Below are positions 52,436 to 62,762 of a stretch of 64,000 bases of DNA, piece after piece. A program made the position numbers and the translations under genes. Source of the DNA: Bacteriovoracia bacterium (GTDB lineage Bacteria > Bdellovibrionota > UBA1018 > CAIPTA01); assembly GCA_050246755.1 (NCBI GenBank), contig JBFWVL010000001.1, positions 352,001 to 416,000 of the forward strand, in the 5' to 3' direction. The notes beneath the pieces were generated by a model, which made no database searches, was not told the DNA's origin, and worked only from the letters and a program-made list of their open reading frames with translations. Every line of letters starts with the position of its first letter. Position 1 is the first letter of the stretch.

Positions 52436-52590
52436 CGGTTTGCGGATCAGATACGGCATTCAGCATTCGGAACTGACTCCGGAAATCAGAATCTGATCCG
52501 ACTCAGATTCCGGCCCGAACTCCGATCCGATTTCAGATATCTATTCCGACCGCGGAAGCCTGAATCCGATCGGCATCCGCTTTCCGGCTC
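52436..52590. repeat. Degenerate ~6-bp tandem repeat region with an internal inverted repeat
   Basis: TCCGAT/TCAGAT/TCCGAC/TCGGAA units; CGGATCAGAT (52443-52452) pairs with ATCTGATCCG (52491-52500). Confidence 0.55.
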
Positions 52591-53766
52591 CTACATCACG
52601 TGGTGATGCATCGTCTCGTGCAGGAACGGATCGTTCACCGGCACCGTATTGTGGCGCGAGAGAAAGCGGCGAACGGCGAAGCAGAAAAATCCGAGGAAGC
52701 CGAGGAATAAGCCGATATCCATCCAGGAGAAACTGAATCCCGTTTTGGAAAACGCCGGCATGATCAAATAGTTTAGATCGAGCCACTCACCGAAAATCAC
52801 GATCAGCGCCACCTTCTCTAGGTAGGCCGGATTTCTTTTCGCCGCCCGGGGAAGCAGCATCAAGAACGGTAAAATGAAACGAACGAGGGGCAGAAGTAAG
52901 CTTACCCAGATCCATCCAGGATTCTCACGCACCAGATAGAACGTGGTCTCTTCGGGAAGGTTGGCGTACCAGATGAGCAAGTATTGGCTTACGCCGATAT
53001 AAGCCCAGAACACGGTGAAGCCGAATAAATATTTCCCCATGTCGTGAAAGTGGTCATTCGTAACCACGCTCAGGTATCCCGCCTTCTGCAGGCGACGCAC
53101 GGCAAGAATCGTGGCGGCCGCGGTGGCCTGCACGAAACCGATGAAAACGTAGACTCCAAACATCGTGGAGAACCATTTCGGATCCAGCGATTTCAAGAGA
53201 TCCACGGAAAAAATCGTGAATAGAGGAGCGAAAAGCACGAGGCCCAAAGCGGCCAGCGGCTTCTGGCGGTTTAGCAGATCTACCCCGCCCTCTTCATCCT
53301 GCTTGGTGGAATTGCAAACCAAGCGGGTGGCGAAAAATACGGTGGCAGCGAAAAACGCGAGGGCGCGGGCGATATAAAACGGCGTGGCGAAGTACCCCAC
53401 TTTTCCATGAAGAATATGATCGTGGGCCATGAGCTCGTGATTCATCCAGGGATAAATATGCTTCAAGCCGAAGAAGAGGATCAGATTGAACACGAGCGCG
53501 AAAACTAGGTAGGTGGCGAAGGATTCGGTTACCCGGCGAATGGCCACGTTCCAGCCCGCGAAGGCAAGGTAGTGGATGATCAGGAAAAAGAACGCGCCGA
53601 TCCCAAGGCCCATGAACAGCGTATGATTCAAAAGGTACGCGTACCAGGCACGGGGGGCGTTCGTGAGCAATCCCACCACGAAGCTTAGGACCCCGATCCC
53701 CATGAGGGCGTAGACCAAGTTATTCGTGGAGGCGTTCAGTTCTAATTTTTTAGCGTCGAGTTTCAT
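52591..53766 (-). CDS. actF: Alternative Complex III subunit F
   Basis: AGW...RR..E, SLDP.W.ST.FG, HD.GK..F.F..FW.Y...SQY..IWYANLPEET. Confidence 0.92.
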   Translation of the reverse strand: MKLDAKKLELNASTNNLVYALMGIGVLSFVVGLLTNAPRAWYAYLLNHTLFMGLGIGAFFFLIIHYLAFAGWNVAIRRVTESFATYLVFALVFNLILFFGLKHIYPWMNHELMAHDHILHGKVGYFATPFYIARALAFFAATVFFATRLVCNSTKQDEEGGVDLLNRQKPLAALGLVLFAPLFTIFSVDLLKSLDPKWFSTMFGVYVFIGFVQATAAATILAVRRLQKAGYLSVVTNDHFHDMGKYLFGFTVFWAYIGVSQYLLIWYANLPEETTFYLVRENPGWIWVSLLLPLVRFILPFLMLLPRAAKRNPAYLEKVALIVIFGEWLDLNYLIMPAFSKTGFSFSWMDIGLFLGFLGFFCFAVRRFLSRHNTVPVNDPFLHETMHHHVM

Positions 53767-53781
53767 CGCGATAAACCCTTC

Positions 53782-54396
53782 TTATTTTTGAGCCGTGCGC
53801 TTCTTGAGCGCCTTCACGTCTTCATCCGTCGGATGTTCCGCCCGTTGCAAAGTTCTCACGTAGTGGATCACGGCCCAGCGGTCCATGGGCTGGATTTGCT
53901 GCGCATAGGAAGGCATCACGCCTTGTCCCTTGGTGATCACGTGAAATAGATGACCGTCTTTCCAGCGGAGCATATCCGGGCTCTGGAGAGATTTCGGGAT
54001 CGGGAACGGATTCACGATAGGGCCGTCGCCGTAGCCGCGGGCGCCATGGCAAGTGATGCAATAGATATTATAAATTTTTTGACCGCGCTCCACGTTCAGG
54101 CGATTCATCGGCAAAGGATTCGTCAGCTTTGCTTCCGCTTCTTCCACCGTCTCGAGGCGATACGGTTTATGGCCGCGCGCGATCGCATTGTCGGGCGGCA
54201 TCATCATGCCGGTGCCGTTTCCGTTCCCATCGTAGCCGCGCTGAGGCTTTAAGTTCGGCGTGGTGCTCATGTGAGGCATGTACTGAATGATCGTTTTTTC
54301 CGTATGGCGCGAGCAAGCGGTGAGCAGCGCGAGGGTGGCAAAACCCAGGGCTACCGAAGCGTGGCGCAGCGAAAAAAATGGAGTGGGATTCTTCAT
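53782..54396 (-). CDS. actE: ACIII monohaem lipoprotein subunit E
   Basis: Lipobox LTAC; CITCHG; MPSYA...DRWA...YVR.LQ. Confidence 0.92.
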   Translation of the reverse strand: MKNPTPFFSLRHASVALGFATLALLTACSRHTEKTIIQYMPHMSTTPNLKPQRGYDGNGNGTGMMMPPDNAIARGHKPYRLETVEEAEAKLTNPLPMNRLNVERGQKIYNIYCITCHGARGYGDGPIVNPFPIPKSLQSPDMLRWKDGHLFHVITKGQGVMPSYAQQIQPMDRWAVIHYVRTLQRAEHPTDEDVKALKKRTAQK

Positions 54397-54926
54397 ATCG
54401 GCTCCGTTACCAGGGTAACTTTTTCGGCGTGCAGGGTGTTCAGAAAGCTTTCCACTTCCCCGGCCGATCCTTTTTGCCCCTTGAAGGGGATGTATAAGGC
54501 AAAACGATCGTCGCTGGTGCGGGGATCGAAAGGATTATGGTGAAAGTTCGGTAATCCGTTCAGGAAAAACATAAAGCCAGCCGTGGAAAGGCCGCCGAGC
54601 AGAACCGTGAGCTCAAATAAAATTGGAATGAAGGCAGGCCCGGAAATCATGGGTTTACCACCCACGTTGATCGGCCAGTCCACCGCGGAGGTCCAGATTT
54701 GTAGGCCGAGGGCCGTTGCAAAACCGGTGAGTCCGCCAAAAAAGGTGGCCCAGGGAACGATCGATGGCTTGAGCCCCAAAGCTTCGTCCATGCCGTGCAA
54801 AGGAAACGGAGTGTAGGTTTCCACGTTGGCAAAACCTTTTTCACGGGCGGTTTTCGCCGCCGCGAGGATTTCGTGACCGCTGGTAAAATATGCTACCGCG
54901 CCGTGCGCAGATCTAGTGACCGCCAT
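54393..54926 (-). CDS. actD: ACIII subunit D (DUF3341)
   Basis: YTPFP.HG...ALG, WP..VGGKP, F.P..FELTVL, DD.F. Confidence 0.92.
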   Translation of the reverse strand: MAVTRSAHGAVAYFTSGHEILAAAKTAREKGFANVETYTPFPLHGMDEALGLKPSIVPWATFFGGLTGFATALGLQIWTSAVDWPINVGGKPMISGPAFIPILFELTVLLGGLSTAGFMFFLNGLPNFHHNPFDPRTSDDRFALYIPFKGQKGSAGEVESFLNTLHAEKVTLVTEPI

Positions 54927-56295
54927 GTTGGCCTCCTTTCGCCGTTCGCATCACGCTTTTCACCTCGGCGATCGCCACTACCGGAAGGAAGCGGCAAAAC
55001 AAAAGATAGAGCGTGAAGAACAAACCGAAGCTGCCGAGGGTAATGCACCAGTCCACTTTCGACGGCAGGTAATAGTCCCAGCTCGAGGGCAGGTAATCGC
55101 GGTGCAGCGAAGTGGCCACGATCACGAAACGCTCGAACCACATTCCGATATTTACGAACACGCTCACGATGAACATCATCGGCACGTTACGGCGGAACTG
55201 CTTGAACCAGAAAATTTGCGGGATGATCGAGTTACAGATAATCATCGTCCAGTAGGCCCAGGCGTAAGGCCCGAAAGCGCGGTTCAAGAACGCATACTGC
55301 TCGTACTGGCTTCCCGAATACCAAGCCACGAAAAATTCGGTGGCGTAGGCCAGGCCCACGAGCATTCCGGTACACATCGTGATCTTGTTCATCGCTTCGA
55401 GATGGTTAAGGGTGATGTAATTTTTCAGGCTAAATACTTCGCGGGAAATCACCATCAGCGTAACTACCATCGCGAAACCGGAGAAGATGGCGCCGATTAC
55501 GAAATAAGGAGGGAAAATCGTGGTGTGCCAGCCAGGAAGGATGGACACGGCGAAGTCGAAAGATACGATCGTATGTACCGAAAGTACGAGCGGCGCCGAA
55601 AGGCCGGCGAGCAGCATATAGGCTTTTTCGTAATGGTGCCATTGGCGGCCCCCACCCTTCCAGCCAAGGGAAGCGGCACCATAGATCGCGCGGCGTATTG
55701 GGTGCACGGCGCGGTCGCGCACGGTGGCGAGATCGGGAATCATGCCGATGAACCAGAACACGGCCGAAATCGTGAAGTAGGTGGATACGGCGAAAACGTC
55801 CCAGAGGAGCGGGGAACGGAAGTTCACCCAGAGAGGCCCCATATTATTGGGGTAAGGAAGCAGCCAGTAGGCGGCGAGCCAGGGGCGGCCGGTGTGACCC
55901 AGCGGATACATGAGCGCGCAAATTACGGCGAAGATGGTCATGGCTTCGGCGGCACGGTTGATCCCGGTACGCCAATCTTGGCGGAATAGATAAAGAACGG
56001 CGGAGATGAGAGTACCGGCGTGTCCGATACCGATCCAGAATACGAAGTTAATGATGTCGGAACCCCAGGCGTTGGTATTAGTCAAACCCCATACCCCGAG
56101 ACCATTCCAAAGCGTCCAGCCCCAGGCACTCAGACCGATCGTCAATAAGGTAAGAGCAATTCCGAAAGCGATGAACCACGATTTAGTGGGCATGCTTTCG
56201 AGCGGCTTGCATACATCGTCGGTTACTTGGGCGTAGGTTTTCGCCCCCGTAACGAGAAGTTCGCGTTCTAGATGGACTCCGTTCGTCATGCTCAT
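54913..56295 (-). CDS. actC: ACIII subunit C (NrfD/PsrC family)
   Basis: [65 protein letters not shown]. Confidence 0.95.
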   Translation of the reverse strand: MSMTNGVHLERELLVTGAKTYAQVTDDVCKPLESMPTKSWFIAFGIALTLLTIGLSAWGWTLWNGLGVWGLTNTNAWGSDIINFVFWIGIGHAGTLISAVLYLFRQDWRTGINRAAEAMTIFAVICALMYPLGHTGRPWLAAYWLLPYPNNMGPLWVNFRSPLLWDVFAVSTYFTISAVFWFIGMIPDLATVRDRAVHPIRRAIYGAASLGWKGGGRQWHHYEKAYMLLAGLSAPLVLSVHTIVSFDFAVSILPGWHTTIFPPYFVIGAIFSGFAMVVTLMVISREVFSLKNYITLNHLEAMNKITMCTGMLVGLAYATEFFVAWYSGSQYEQYAFLNRAFGPYAWAYWTMIICNSIIPQIFWFKQFRRNVPMMFIVSVFVNIGMWFERFVIVATSLHRDYLPSSWDYYLPSKVDWCITLGSFGLFFTLYLLFCRFLPVVAIAEVKSVMRTAKGGQHGGH

Positions 56296-56316
56296 AAACT
56301 CATACCCTCTTAAAGA

Positions 56317-59300
56317 CTAGTGGTGTCCGCCGGACGTGGTTTCTTCGTGTCCGTGACTTTCGCCGCCAGCTTTACCGGGACGATTGCGCACTTTGCTTAA
56401 ATACGTGATGGCGGGAGCGGCGTTCACTTCCTCGAGGGAAACGAATCCGCGGGGATTCCCCTTCTTCAGCTTCGCCACTTTGCTCTCCGGATTATTTACA
56501 TCACCGAAAACGATCGCATCGGCCGGACAAGCTTCTTGGCAAGCCGTCTTGATGTCGTCGTCGTTGGCGCGGCGGCCGGCCATCTTCGCCTGGCTCTTGC
56601 CGGTCTCAATGCGCTGAACGCAGAAAGTGCATTTCTCCATTACCCCGCGAGAACGCAGCGTAACTTCCGGGTTTTTCATCAGCGGCAGCGGGTGCTCGAT
56701 CGAGCCGTTCATATCGCCATTATTATTGAACCAGTTGAAGCGCCGTACTTTATAGGGACAGTTATTGGAGCAATACTTCGTGCCCACGCAGCGGTTATAG
56801 GTCATCTGATTGAGGCCGTCGTCGCTGTGGGTGGTAGCGAGCACCGGGCAAACGGTTTCGCAGGGAGCATTATCGCAATGCTGGCAAAGCATCGGCTGGA
56901 ATACCACTTCGGGATCGGCCACGTCGCCCACGTAGTAGCGGTCGATACGGAGCCACTGCATTTCGCGGCCCTTCTGCACTTGATCTTTGCCCACGGCGGG
57001 AACGTTATTTTCCACCGAGCAGGCCACCACGCAGGCGGAGCATCCGGTGCAGGATGAAAGATCGATCGCCATTCCCCACTTGTAGCCCTTGTATTCGAAG
57101 CCCGACCAAAGAGAAGGGGGCTTTTCCCCGGCAAAATGCTTCGTGATACCGGCATTGGGTTTCTTGCGGTAGTCGTCGAGCGTGGTTTCGAACACGATGT
57201 CGCGGCCTTCGAGAGTATGGTGGCCCTGAGTGCAGGCCAGTTTTTCCGCGCGGCCGGTTTTTGCCACGGTCACGTTATTCACGGCGAACGTGGGCTGGGT
57301 GCCCATCGTGGAAGAAGCGGTGAAGTTAGCGAACGAAGCGCCCACGCCGTTACCGATACGGCCGTTAAATTTTCTTCCGTAACCCAGGTAAGAAACCACT
57401 ACGCTGGGATGCAAGCCGGGCTGGAAGTAGAGCGGAAGCTCCGCCTTCGCGTTCGCCGTGCTCACCGAAACCACATCACCCTCAGCCCAGCCCATTTTTT
57501 TGGCCGTATCAGGAGCTACCGCGAGGTAGTTGCCCCAGGTATTTTTCGAGATTGGGTCAGGTAATTCTTGAAGGATGGCGTTGTTCGCCTGAAAGCCATC
57601 GCCGAGCGCGATGGAAGGAACCAATACCAGCGCCAGCTCGCCCGCCGCGGCACGAACGGACGCTTTGGCAGCAGCAATCGCCGTGCGCAGGCCTTCATTT
57701 TGGAATCCGCGCGAAGATCCGGAACCGTCGCGGGAGGAAGATCCGTTGAGCACTCCGCCCATGAGGGTATCGTCCCACCAATCCTGGAATGGACGCCCGC
57801 CCCCGTGCTTGCTATGTAAGCCTTTCCAAGTTTCTACCACTGCGCCGTAGGCACCTTCCGATTCTTTGCCTTCCGGGGTGGACCAGTCCACCAGCATCTC
57901 GAGCAAACTCTTGGTCTGCCAGAGAGGGCGGATCGTAGGCTGAGCAATACTGTAGAGGTCTTTCTGCGGATTAACGTCGCCCCAGGATTCGAACGAATGG
58001 CTTTCCGCCGCCACCATTTTCGCGATGGCTGCCGTCTCGTCACTATAAGAGCCCACGTAAATCAGGTTGGGAACTTTTTGCAGGGCCTCTTTCACTCCGG
58101 CAGAATCGGCGAATAGGTAGGCAGGATTCACGCCCTGAATGATCAGCGTTTTCACCGCGCCCGAACGAATGGCGGTCAGCAGTTTTTCGAATTCTTTATA
58201 GGAGCCCTGGAACTGGTAGGAGGGATAAGTGGATCCATCCACCGTTACCCCGTCGTTATCGAGGGCGGAGTTCAGGAAATTCACCACGTTTTGCAGGGCC
58301 ACACCATTGGCGCCGCGCCCGGAGGCAACCACCAAGCTGCGCCCGCGGTTTTTTACGAGTTCCTTCGCGGTACTGGAAAGCACGGCGGCATCAATCCCGG
58401 TGCGTTGAGAAACCGCAGCCGGGGTGAAGGCGGAGAAATCATCCGAGGAGCGCCCCACCAAGCGCGCCACTTCGCTGGCGATGCCGAGGGCGATGAACAA
58501 TTGATCGTTCGGATGAATGGCGTAGCGCTCATCGGCGTTCTGGCCCGTTACCTGGAAGGCACTTTCGAACGCGATGAGCTTGCTCATCGACGATTTTTCA
58601 CCGGCGAGGCGGCGCTTATCGGCGAACTGCTTCGTGTACTCGGTGGTGGATCCCCAGTTTCCAAGGAAATCGGCATCGATCGAAACCACGCAATCGGCGC
58701 GATTGAAGCGGTAGCGAGGGAAAATGCGGGAGCCATAGCTCTGTGCTTGCCCGTCGAGCACGTCGTCCATCGAAACGGAATCGAGCATCACGTGACGGAA
58801 ATTATTTTTCTCGATCACGCGCTTGAGCGTAGGGCTCATCACGGTGCCGGTCAAAATCCAGGTGGCCCCTTTGGAGGCTCCCAGGGCTGCCCGGGCCTGC
58901 TTGTCGAAATCGGCCCAGCTAACTTCCGCGCCGCCGATGCGAGGAGCGCGCAAGCGATCCGGATCATACAAATCATGGATCATCGCCTGGGCCCGCGTGT
59001 GGAGCGCGCCGCGGTTCATAGGGTGATCCGTGTTTCCATCCACTTTAATTGGGCGGCCTTCACGCGTTTTGATGAGCAAGCCGTAGCCGGTTTGCGGATC
59101 CGCGGAAGCGTAGAAATTGGGCTGGCCGGGAATGATTTCTTCCGGATTGGTAACGTAAGGAACGATCTTCTGAACCGGGCGGCGCGAACATCCGGCCAAG
59201 CTAGCCATCAGCGCCGAAGCGCCCATGATCTTCATGAAATCACGACGGTCGAGGCCATCGTTTTCATTTCCTTCGCGCACCGGCGTGGAAGTGAACTCAC

Positions 59301-59370
59301 CCGGAACGGTTTTCGCAAATTCCGCGGGGTTCTCGGCTTGTTCCAGGGTCATCCAGAATTTATTCGACAT
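56317..59370 (-). CDS. actB: ACIII subunit B (molybdopterin-oxidoreductase-like plus Fe-S domains)
   Basis: TAT-like DRRDFMK; EGRPIK..GN..HP; CTGCSACVVAC, CQHCDNAPCE.VCP, CVGTKYC.NNCPY, GVMEKC.FC. Confidence 0.95.
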   Translation of the reverse strand: MSNKFWMTLEQAENPAEFAKTVPGEFTSTPVREGNENDGLDRRDFMKIMGASALMASLAGCSRRPVQKIVPYVTNPEEIIPGQPNFYASADPQTGYGLLIKTREGRPIKVDGNTDHPMNRGALHTRAQAMIHDLYDPDRLRAPRIGGAEVSWADFDKQARAALGASKGATWILTGTVMSPTLKRVIEKNNFRHVMLDSVSMDDVLDGQAQSYGSRIFPRYRFNRADCVVSIDADFLGNWGSTTEYTKQFADKRRLAGEKSSMSKLIAFESAFQVTGQNADERYAIHPNDQLFIALGIASEVARLVGRSSDDFSAFTPAAVSQRTGIDAAVLSSTAKELVKNRGRSLVVASGRGANGVALQNVVNFLNSALDNDGVTVDGSTYPSYQFQGSYKEFEKLLTAIRSGAVKTLIIQGVNPAYLFADSAGVKEALQKVPNLIYVGSYSDETAAIAKMVAAESHSFESWGDVNPQKDLYSIAQPTIRPLWQTKSLLEMLVDWSTPEGKESEGAYGAVVETWKGLHSKHGGGRPFQDWWDDTLMGGVLNGSSSRDGSGSSRGFQNEGLRTAIAAAKASVRAAAGELALVLVPSIALGDGFQANNAILQELPDPISKNTWGNYLAVAPDTAKKMGWAEGDVVSVSTANAKAELPLYFQPGLHPSVVVSYLGYGRKFNGRIGNGVGASFANFTASSTMGTQPTFAVNNVTVAKTGRAEKLACTQGHHTLEGRDIVFETTLDDYRKKPNAGITKHFAGEKPPSLWSGFEYKGYKWGMAIDLSSCTGCSACVVACSVENNVPAVGKDQVQKGREMQWLRIDRYYVGDVADPEVVFQPMLCQHCDNAPCETVCPVLATTHSDDGLNQMTYNRCVGTKYCSNNCPYKVRRFNWFNNNGDMNGSIEHPLPLMKNPEVTLRSRGVMEKCTFCVQRIETGKSQAKMAGRRANDDDIKTACQEACPADAIVFGDVNNPESKVAKLKKGNPRGFVSLEEVNAAPAITYLSKVRNRPGKAGGESHGHEETTSGGHH

Positions 59371-59399
59371 ACTTCAATTCTCCGGAAGCTAATCCCGCC

Positions 59400-59948
59400 T
59401 TAGCGGTGGCAAGTATTACAATTCAACGGCGCCTGGTTTTCAGGCTTCCGGTGGCAGTTCACGCACCAACCCATGGTAAGCGGGGCCACTTGCTCCACCT
59501 TCTCCATATTGGCCACGTTGCCGTGGCAAGTATCGCAACTTACACCGCGCTGAATGTGGCGCTGGTGATTGAAGTAAACGAAGTCGGGCAAAACGTGCAC
59601 GTTAATCCATTGCACGGGCTCGTTCTTCTCGTACATTTCGGTGAGCTTCTGAATCCAGGGAGAATCGGTTTTCACTACCCGGTGGCAGTTCATGCACACG
59701 GCCGTCGAAGGCACGTTCGCATGCGGGCTTTTGTCTACGTTGGAGTGGCAGTAAAGGCATTGAATCTGGCGCTTGCCCGCGTGCAGCTGGTGGCTGAACG
59801 GGAAAGGCTGGGTTGGCTGGTAGCCAATCCCGCGGCCCGGCAGAAGAAAAATTCCGAACGCCACGATCGTGAGAATCGTGAGTACGAAACTGCCAATGAT
59901 GACTCGTTTGTCGGTATGATGCCCGTGTGAATCGCGCTGCTCAGCCAT
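59400..59948 (-). CDS. actA: ACIII pentahaem cytochrome c subunit A
   Basis: GYQP.QP..FSH..HAG; five CxxCH motifs (CLYCH, CMNCH, CDTCH, CVNCH, CNTCH). Confidence 0.95.
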   Translation of the reverse strand: MAEQRDSHGHHTDKRVIIGSFVLTILTIVAFGIFLLPGRGIGYQPTQPFPFSHQLHAGKRQIQCLYCHSNVDKSPHANVPSTAVCMNCHRVVKTDSPWIQKLTEMYEKNEPVQWINVHVLPDFVYFNHQRHIQRGVSCDTCHGNVANMEKVEQVAPLTMGWCVNCHRKPENQAPLNCNTCHR

Positions 59949-59999
59949 CCGCTTTAAATCCTTAGCAATTAGAGAGGTTGTGCGGAATTACTATAACCA

Positions 60000-60016
60000 G
60001 GAAATTATGAATTTCC
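60000..60016. promoter_or_regulatory. Palindromic operator candidate upstream of actA
   Basis: GGAAATT-atg-AATTTCC next to a minus-strand TATAGT -10-like hexamer. Confidence 0.45.
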
Positions 60017-60080
60017 TACAGACTTTCTTCGGTTCTCTTCGCTAGCCTCTGCACGGAACTTTTGTTATTCGGAGAACAGC

Positions 60081-60335
60081 ATGGAAGGTACCAAGCCCTA
60101 CAGACGAAAAAATTCTCCGCCAGCAACCCAGGAAGTAAAAATTCCAGAAGCCCCGAAAGCCGCGCCAGTCGCGGATCTTCAGCCTGACGCTGTGAATCTA
60201 GAAAGAAGAGCCTGGTTCGGATCGCTCGTGCCGGCTTTTGGAAATGGGCTCGTGAAATTATTACGCGCAAGTAATAATTTAAAAGACGACCTTCGCGAGC
60301 TCCGCGGCGAATCCTCCACCGAAAAAAAATCTTAG
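60081..60335 (+). CDS. Small hypothetical protein
   Basis: GGAGA RBS; 84 aa ORF filling the intergenic space. Confidence 0.55.
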   Translation: MEGTKPYRRKNSPPATQEVKIPEAPKAAPVADLQPDAVNLERRAWFGSLVPAFGNGLVKLLRASNNLKDDLRELRGESSTEKKS

Positions 60336-60409
60336 ACGCAACGCGTGGCATCTGCCGTGTATGCGCCCTCCCACTAAGAAGTTTTGCGTAGGCAAAAAAG
60401 ATAAAATTT

Positions 60410-60784
60410 TCAGACGAAGAGCTTACGTAGTATCAGAATGGGCAAAGCAGCCGCCGTCAGCCCCAAAACCGGGCTCAGGAATAAATATGCCAGCGCCGGA
60501 AAAGCCCGGCCTTTGTCCATCATCACGAACGCCTGCAGTGCATAGGCGGAAAAAGTGGTGAAGCCCCCGCAGAAGCCCACTAGCAATCCCAGCTGCAGCG
60601 CCGAAGGGAATTCCCTTCGCTCCGCCAGCGCGAAAAAGAGGCCCGCCAAAAAAGAGCCCGCGATATTGATCAATAAAGTAGATTTAGGAAAGGGCTCGGT
60701 GGAGCCGCCAACTACCCTATCGACGCCGAAGCGGCAGAGAACCCCAGCAACACCAAACAAACCGATAAAAAAGTAAGCTTGCAT
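60410..60784 (-). CDS. crcB: Fluoride channel Fluc/CrcB
   Basis: G...R, FP..TL.IN..GSF..G, GFCGGFTTFS. Confidence 0.92.
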   Translation of the reverse strand: MQAYFFIGLFGVAGVLCRFGVDRVVGGSTEPFPKSTLLINIAGSFLAGLFFALAERREFPSALQLGLLVGFCGGFTTFSAYALQAFVMMDKGRAFPALAYLFLSPVLGLTAAALPILILRKLFV

Positions 60785-60786
60785 AT

Positions 60787-61092
60787 TTACTTCCCAAACA
60801 CGGCCATTTCGGCCAAAAAAATTGCGACCACTTGCACGGGGAGGAACAGCAGGTAGATGAGCGCCACCCAATACTTGTTCCTGTCCCGCATCGACCAGCA
60901 GCTATAAAGCGAGAACGTGATACCGAGAAATACGGCTCCTTCGAGAACATAGGAAAGACCGTGCGCCACCGGCCACGCGGAACCAAGCGGGCTCAAAGGC
61001 CGGGGCAAAAATACGGCGAGCCCGCCGATCACCACCGGCATCCAGAGCAGCGGCAAGAAAATGGGGAGATAATTTCGCCAGCCGTTTTTCAT
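60787..61092 (-). CDS. Small membrane protein (three TM segments)
   Basis: ATG overlaps the ccsA stop; hydrophobic, about 101 aa. Confidence 0.6.
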   Translation of the reverse strand: MKNGWRNYLPIFLPLLWMPVVIGGLAVFLPRPLSPLGSAWPVAHGLSYVLEGAVFLGITFSLYSCWSMRDRNKYWVALIYLLFLPVQVVAIFLAEMAVFGK

Positions 61093-62762
61093 GGCGCGTT
61101 CTTCTGCGCCTCCAACGAACGCTGTCGCATCAGGGCCCAGATGAAAAACAGTAACTGTACCGTACAGTAGGTGGCCATATAGCTCACGCCTCCGGAAGAA
61201 AAACCGTAGGTATGCTTGCCTTGGCCGAGCACGAAGTTCACGCCGTACCAGGCCATCACCACGCCGAGGAAAGCCACTACGCAGCCCGAGAGAAATCCGA
61301 ACGGGCCCACCATCCCGCGAAAGCGGGCGTGGAGGAGCGCGAGGTAGCCAAGGAGCGCGATCAGGGCCCAAGTCTCCTTAGGATCCCAACCCCAGAAACG
61401 CCCCCAAGAATAATCAGCCCAGACTCCGCCGAGGATGGTACCCGCCGCCAGCAGAATCACGCCCACTTGCACCGCGCGGTAGGCGTAGAACGACAAAATG
61501 CGGAACGGAATTTCTTTGAAGTCGGTATCGAAGAAAATACGGCGGCCGAGGGCGAAGTTCCCGAGAATCATCGAGAGCGAAAAAGCAGCGTACCCGAGCG
61601 TAATGGTGAGCACATGGATGGTCAGCCACATATTATCGCGCAGCACGGCTTCGAGCGGATGGATCCCATCATCCACTACCCCGCCCACGTTATCCGCAAT
61701 CACCAGCGCAATCGTGCAGAAGATGAGCGCGCAAAGCGCGATCACGCGCTTTTTATAGATCATCTCGAAGATGAGGCCGAAGAGCATGCAGCCGAAAGCG
61801 ACCCAAATCACCGACTCGTACATATTGGAAACCGGCGGGCGGCCCGCGATCCAGCAACGCAGGCCGAATCCGTAGGCCTGGAACGCGAAACTGGCGAGAA
61901 AAAAACCCATCCCCGACCAGTACCAGATTTTTTTCGGGCTAAAGAACGCGAACGAAATCAGGACCGCAGCCACGAGGGAAAGAACCCAGGCCCACCGGAA
62001 TGGGTGCAAGCGGTTGAAATGCACTTCGATCCCCATCATTTTTGCAGAGGGATACAGCGAAGGGTTCGTTTGCTGGGCCAGCTCATGAAATTTTCCGATA
62101 TAGTCGGGAAGACGCGCCCGCACGTTCTCTTCCGGGCTGGTAAATCCCGCGGCCATCAGGGCAAAGCGGAGTTTCTGCTCGTCGGAAAACCGATCGAAAC
62201 CGAGCCAGGCGTCGGAAGTTTTCCATTGCTCGGGAGTAGGCGGAATCAGCCGCAGCGCACGCCCGGTAACCACCTCTTGGAGAAAACTCATTTGATTCGC
62301 GAGGCGCTGCACGGCGGTGAAATAGGCATCCAGCTTTTCCTGGGCCTTCGATTTAGCGTCGAGTTCCTGGAAAAGGGGCATCAAGCGGGGGCTATGCATC
62401 AGCTCTTGAGGGCTGAAGCTCTTTTCGGTTTCTTTGAGGCCAAGATCCTTGCGGAGATTGAAATAGCTGATCTGAATGAAGGGAATTTCCTGCCAAACCT
62501 GGGGCTCGAATGCGAGAGAGAGGATGAACTCGATGGCCTCTTTTCCCTGGAACGAATGCGCGCCAACCAGGAGCTCGGCGCCCTCCCGGGCAAAAGTATC
62601 GAGGGGCTTTACTCGTCCGCCGCTTTGCACGGCCAGCGTACGGGCGGGCTTTTTCCAATCTTCGTTGGCCCAGGCGCGATCCAGCGGGCTGGCTTTCGCG
62701 AACGGCATGAGAAAACTCAGCATTAGCACCAACGCCGCTAGCCCCGCCTGCGTACTCTTCAT
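61089..62762 (-). CDS. ccsA: Cytochrome c biogenesis protein CcsA (System II)
   Basis: GRVKPLDT, PVSNMYES, WL.IHV, GGVWADYSWGRFWGWDPKETWAL, GKHTY. Confidence 0.95.
   Translation of the reverse strand: MKSTQAGLAALVLMLSFLMPFAKASPLDRAWANEDWKKPARTLAVQSGGRVKPLDTFAREGAELLVGAHSFQGKEAIEFILSLAFEPQVWQEIPFIQISYFNLRKDLGLKETEKSFSPQELMHSPRLMPLFQELDAKSKAQEKLDAYFTAVQRLANQMSFLQEVVTGRALRLIPPTPEQWKTSDAWLGFDRFSDEQKLRFALMAAGFTSPEENVRARLPDYIGKFHELAQQTNPSLYPSAKMMGIEVHFNRLHPFRWAWVLSLVAAVLISFAFFSPKKIWYWSGMGFFLASFAFQAYGFGLRCWIAGRPPVSNMYESVIWVAFGCMLFGLIFEMIYKKRVIALCALIFCTIALVIADNVGGVVDDGIHPLEAVLRDNMWLTIHVLTITLGYAAFSLSMILGNFALGRRIFFDTDFKEIPFRILSFYAYRAVQVGVILLAAGTILGGVWADYSWGRFWGWDPKETWALIALLGYLALLHARFRGMVGPFGFLSGCVVAFLGVVMAWYGVNFVLGQGKHTYGFSSGGVSYMATYCTVQLLFFIWALMRQRSLEAQKNAP

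Noticed and set aside
52436-52590. Possible CRISPR array
   Set aside because: Units are about 6 bp and degenerate, with no repeat-spacer structure and no cas genes.
56317-59370. ActB as an active molybdoenzyme
   Set aside because: ACIII ActB is established to lack the Mo cofactor, and the actA/C/D/E/F context fits ACIII.
54916-59403. Long plus-strand ORFs at 54916-55989 and 58291-59403
   Set aside because: Antisense to the well-supported actC and actB genes.
44798-59948. ACIII-caa3 cluster as a novel system
   Set aside because: Known architecture; only the subunit IV fusion, the insertion and the palindrome are flagged.
61212-62726. 504-aa plus-strand ORF
   Set aside because: Antisense shadow of ccsA with no motifs; expected from GC-rich codon bias.
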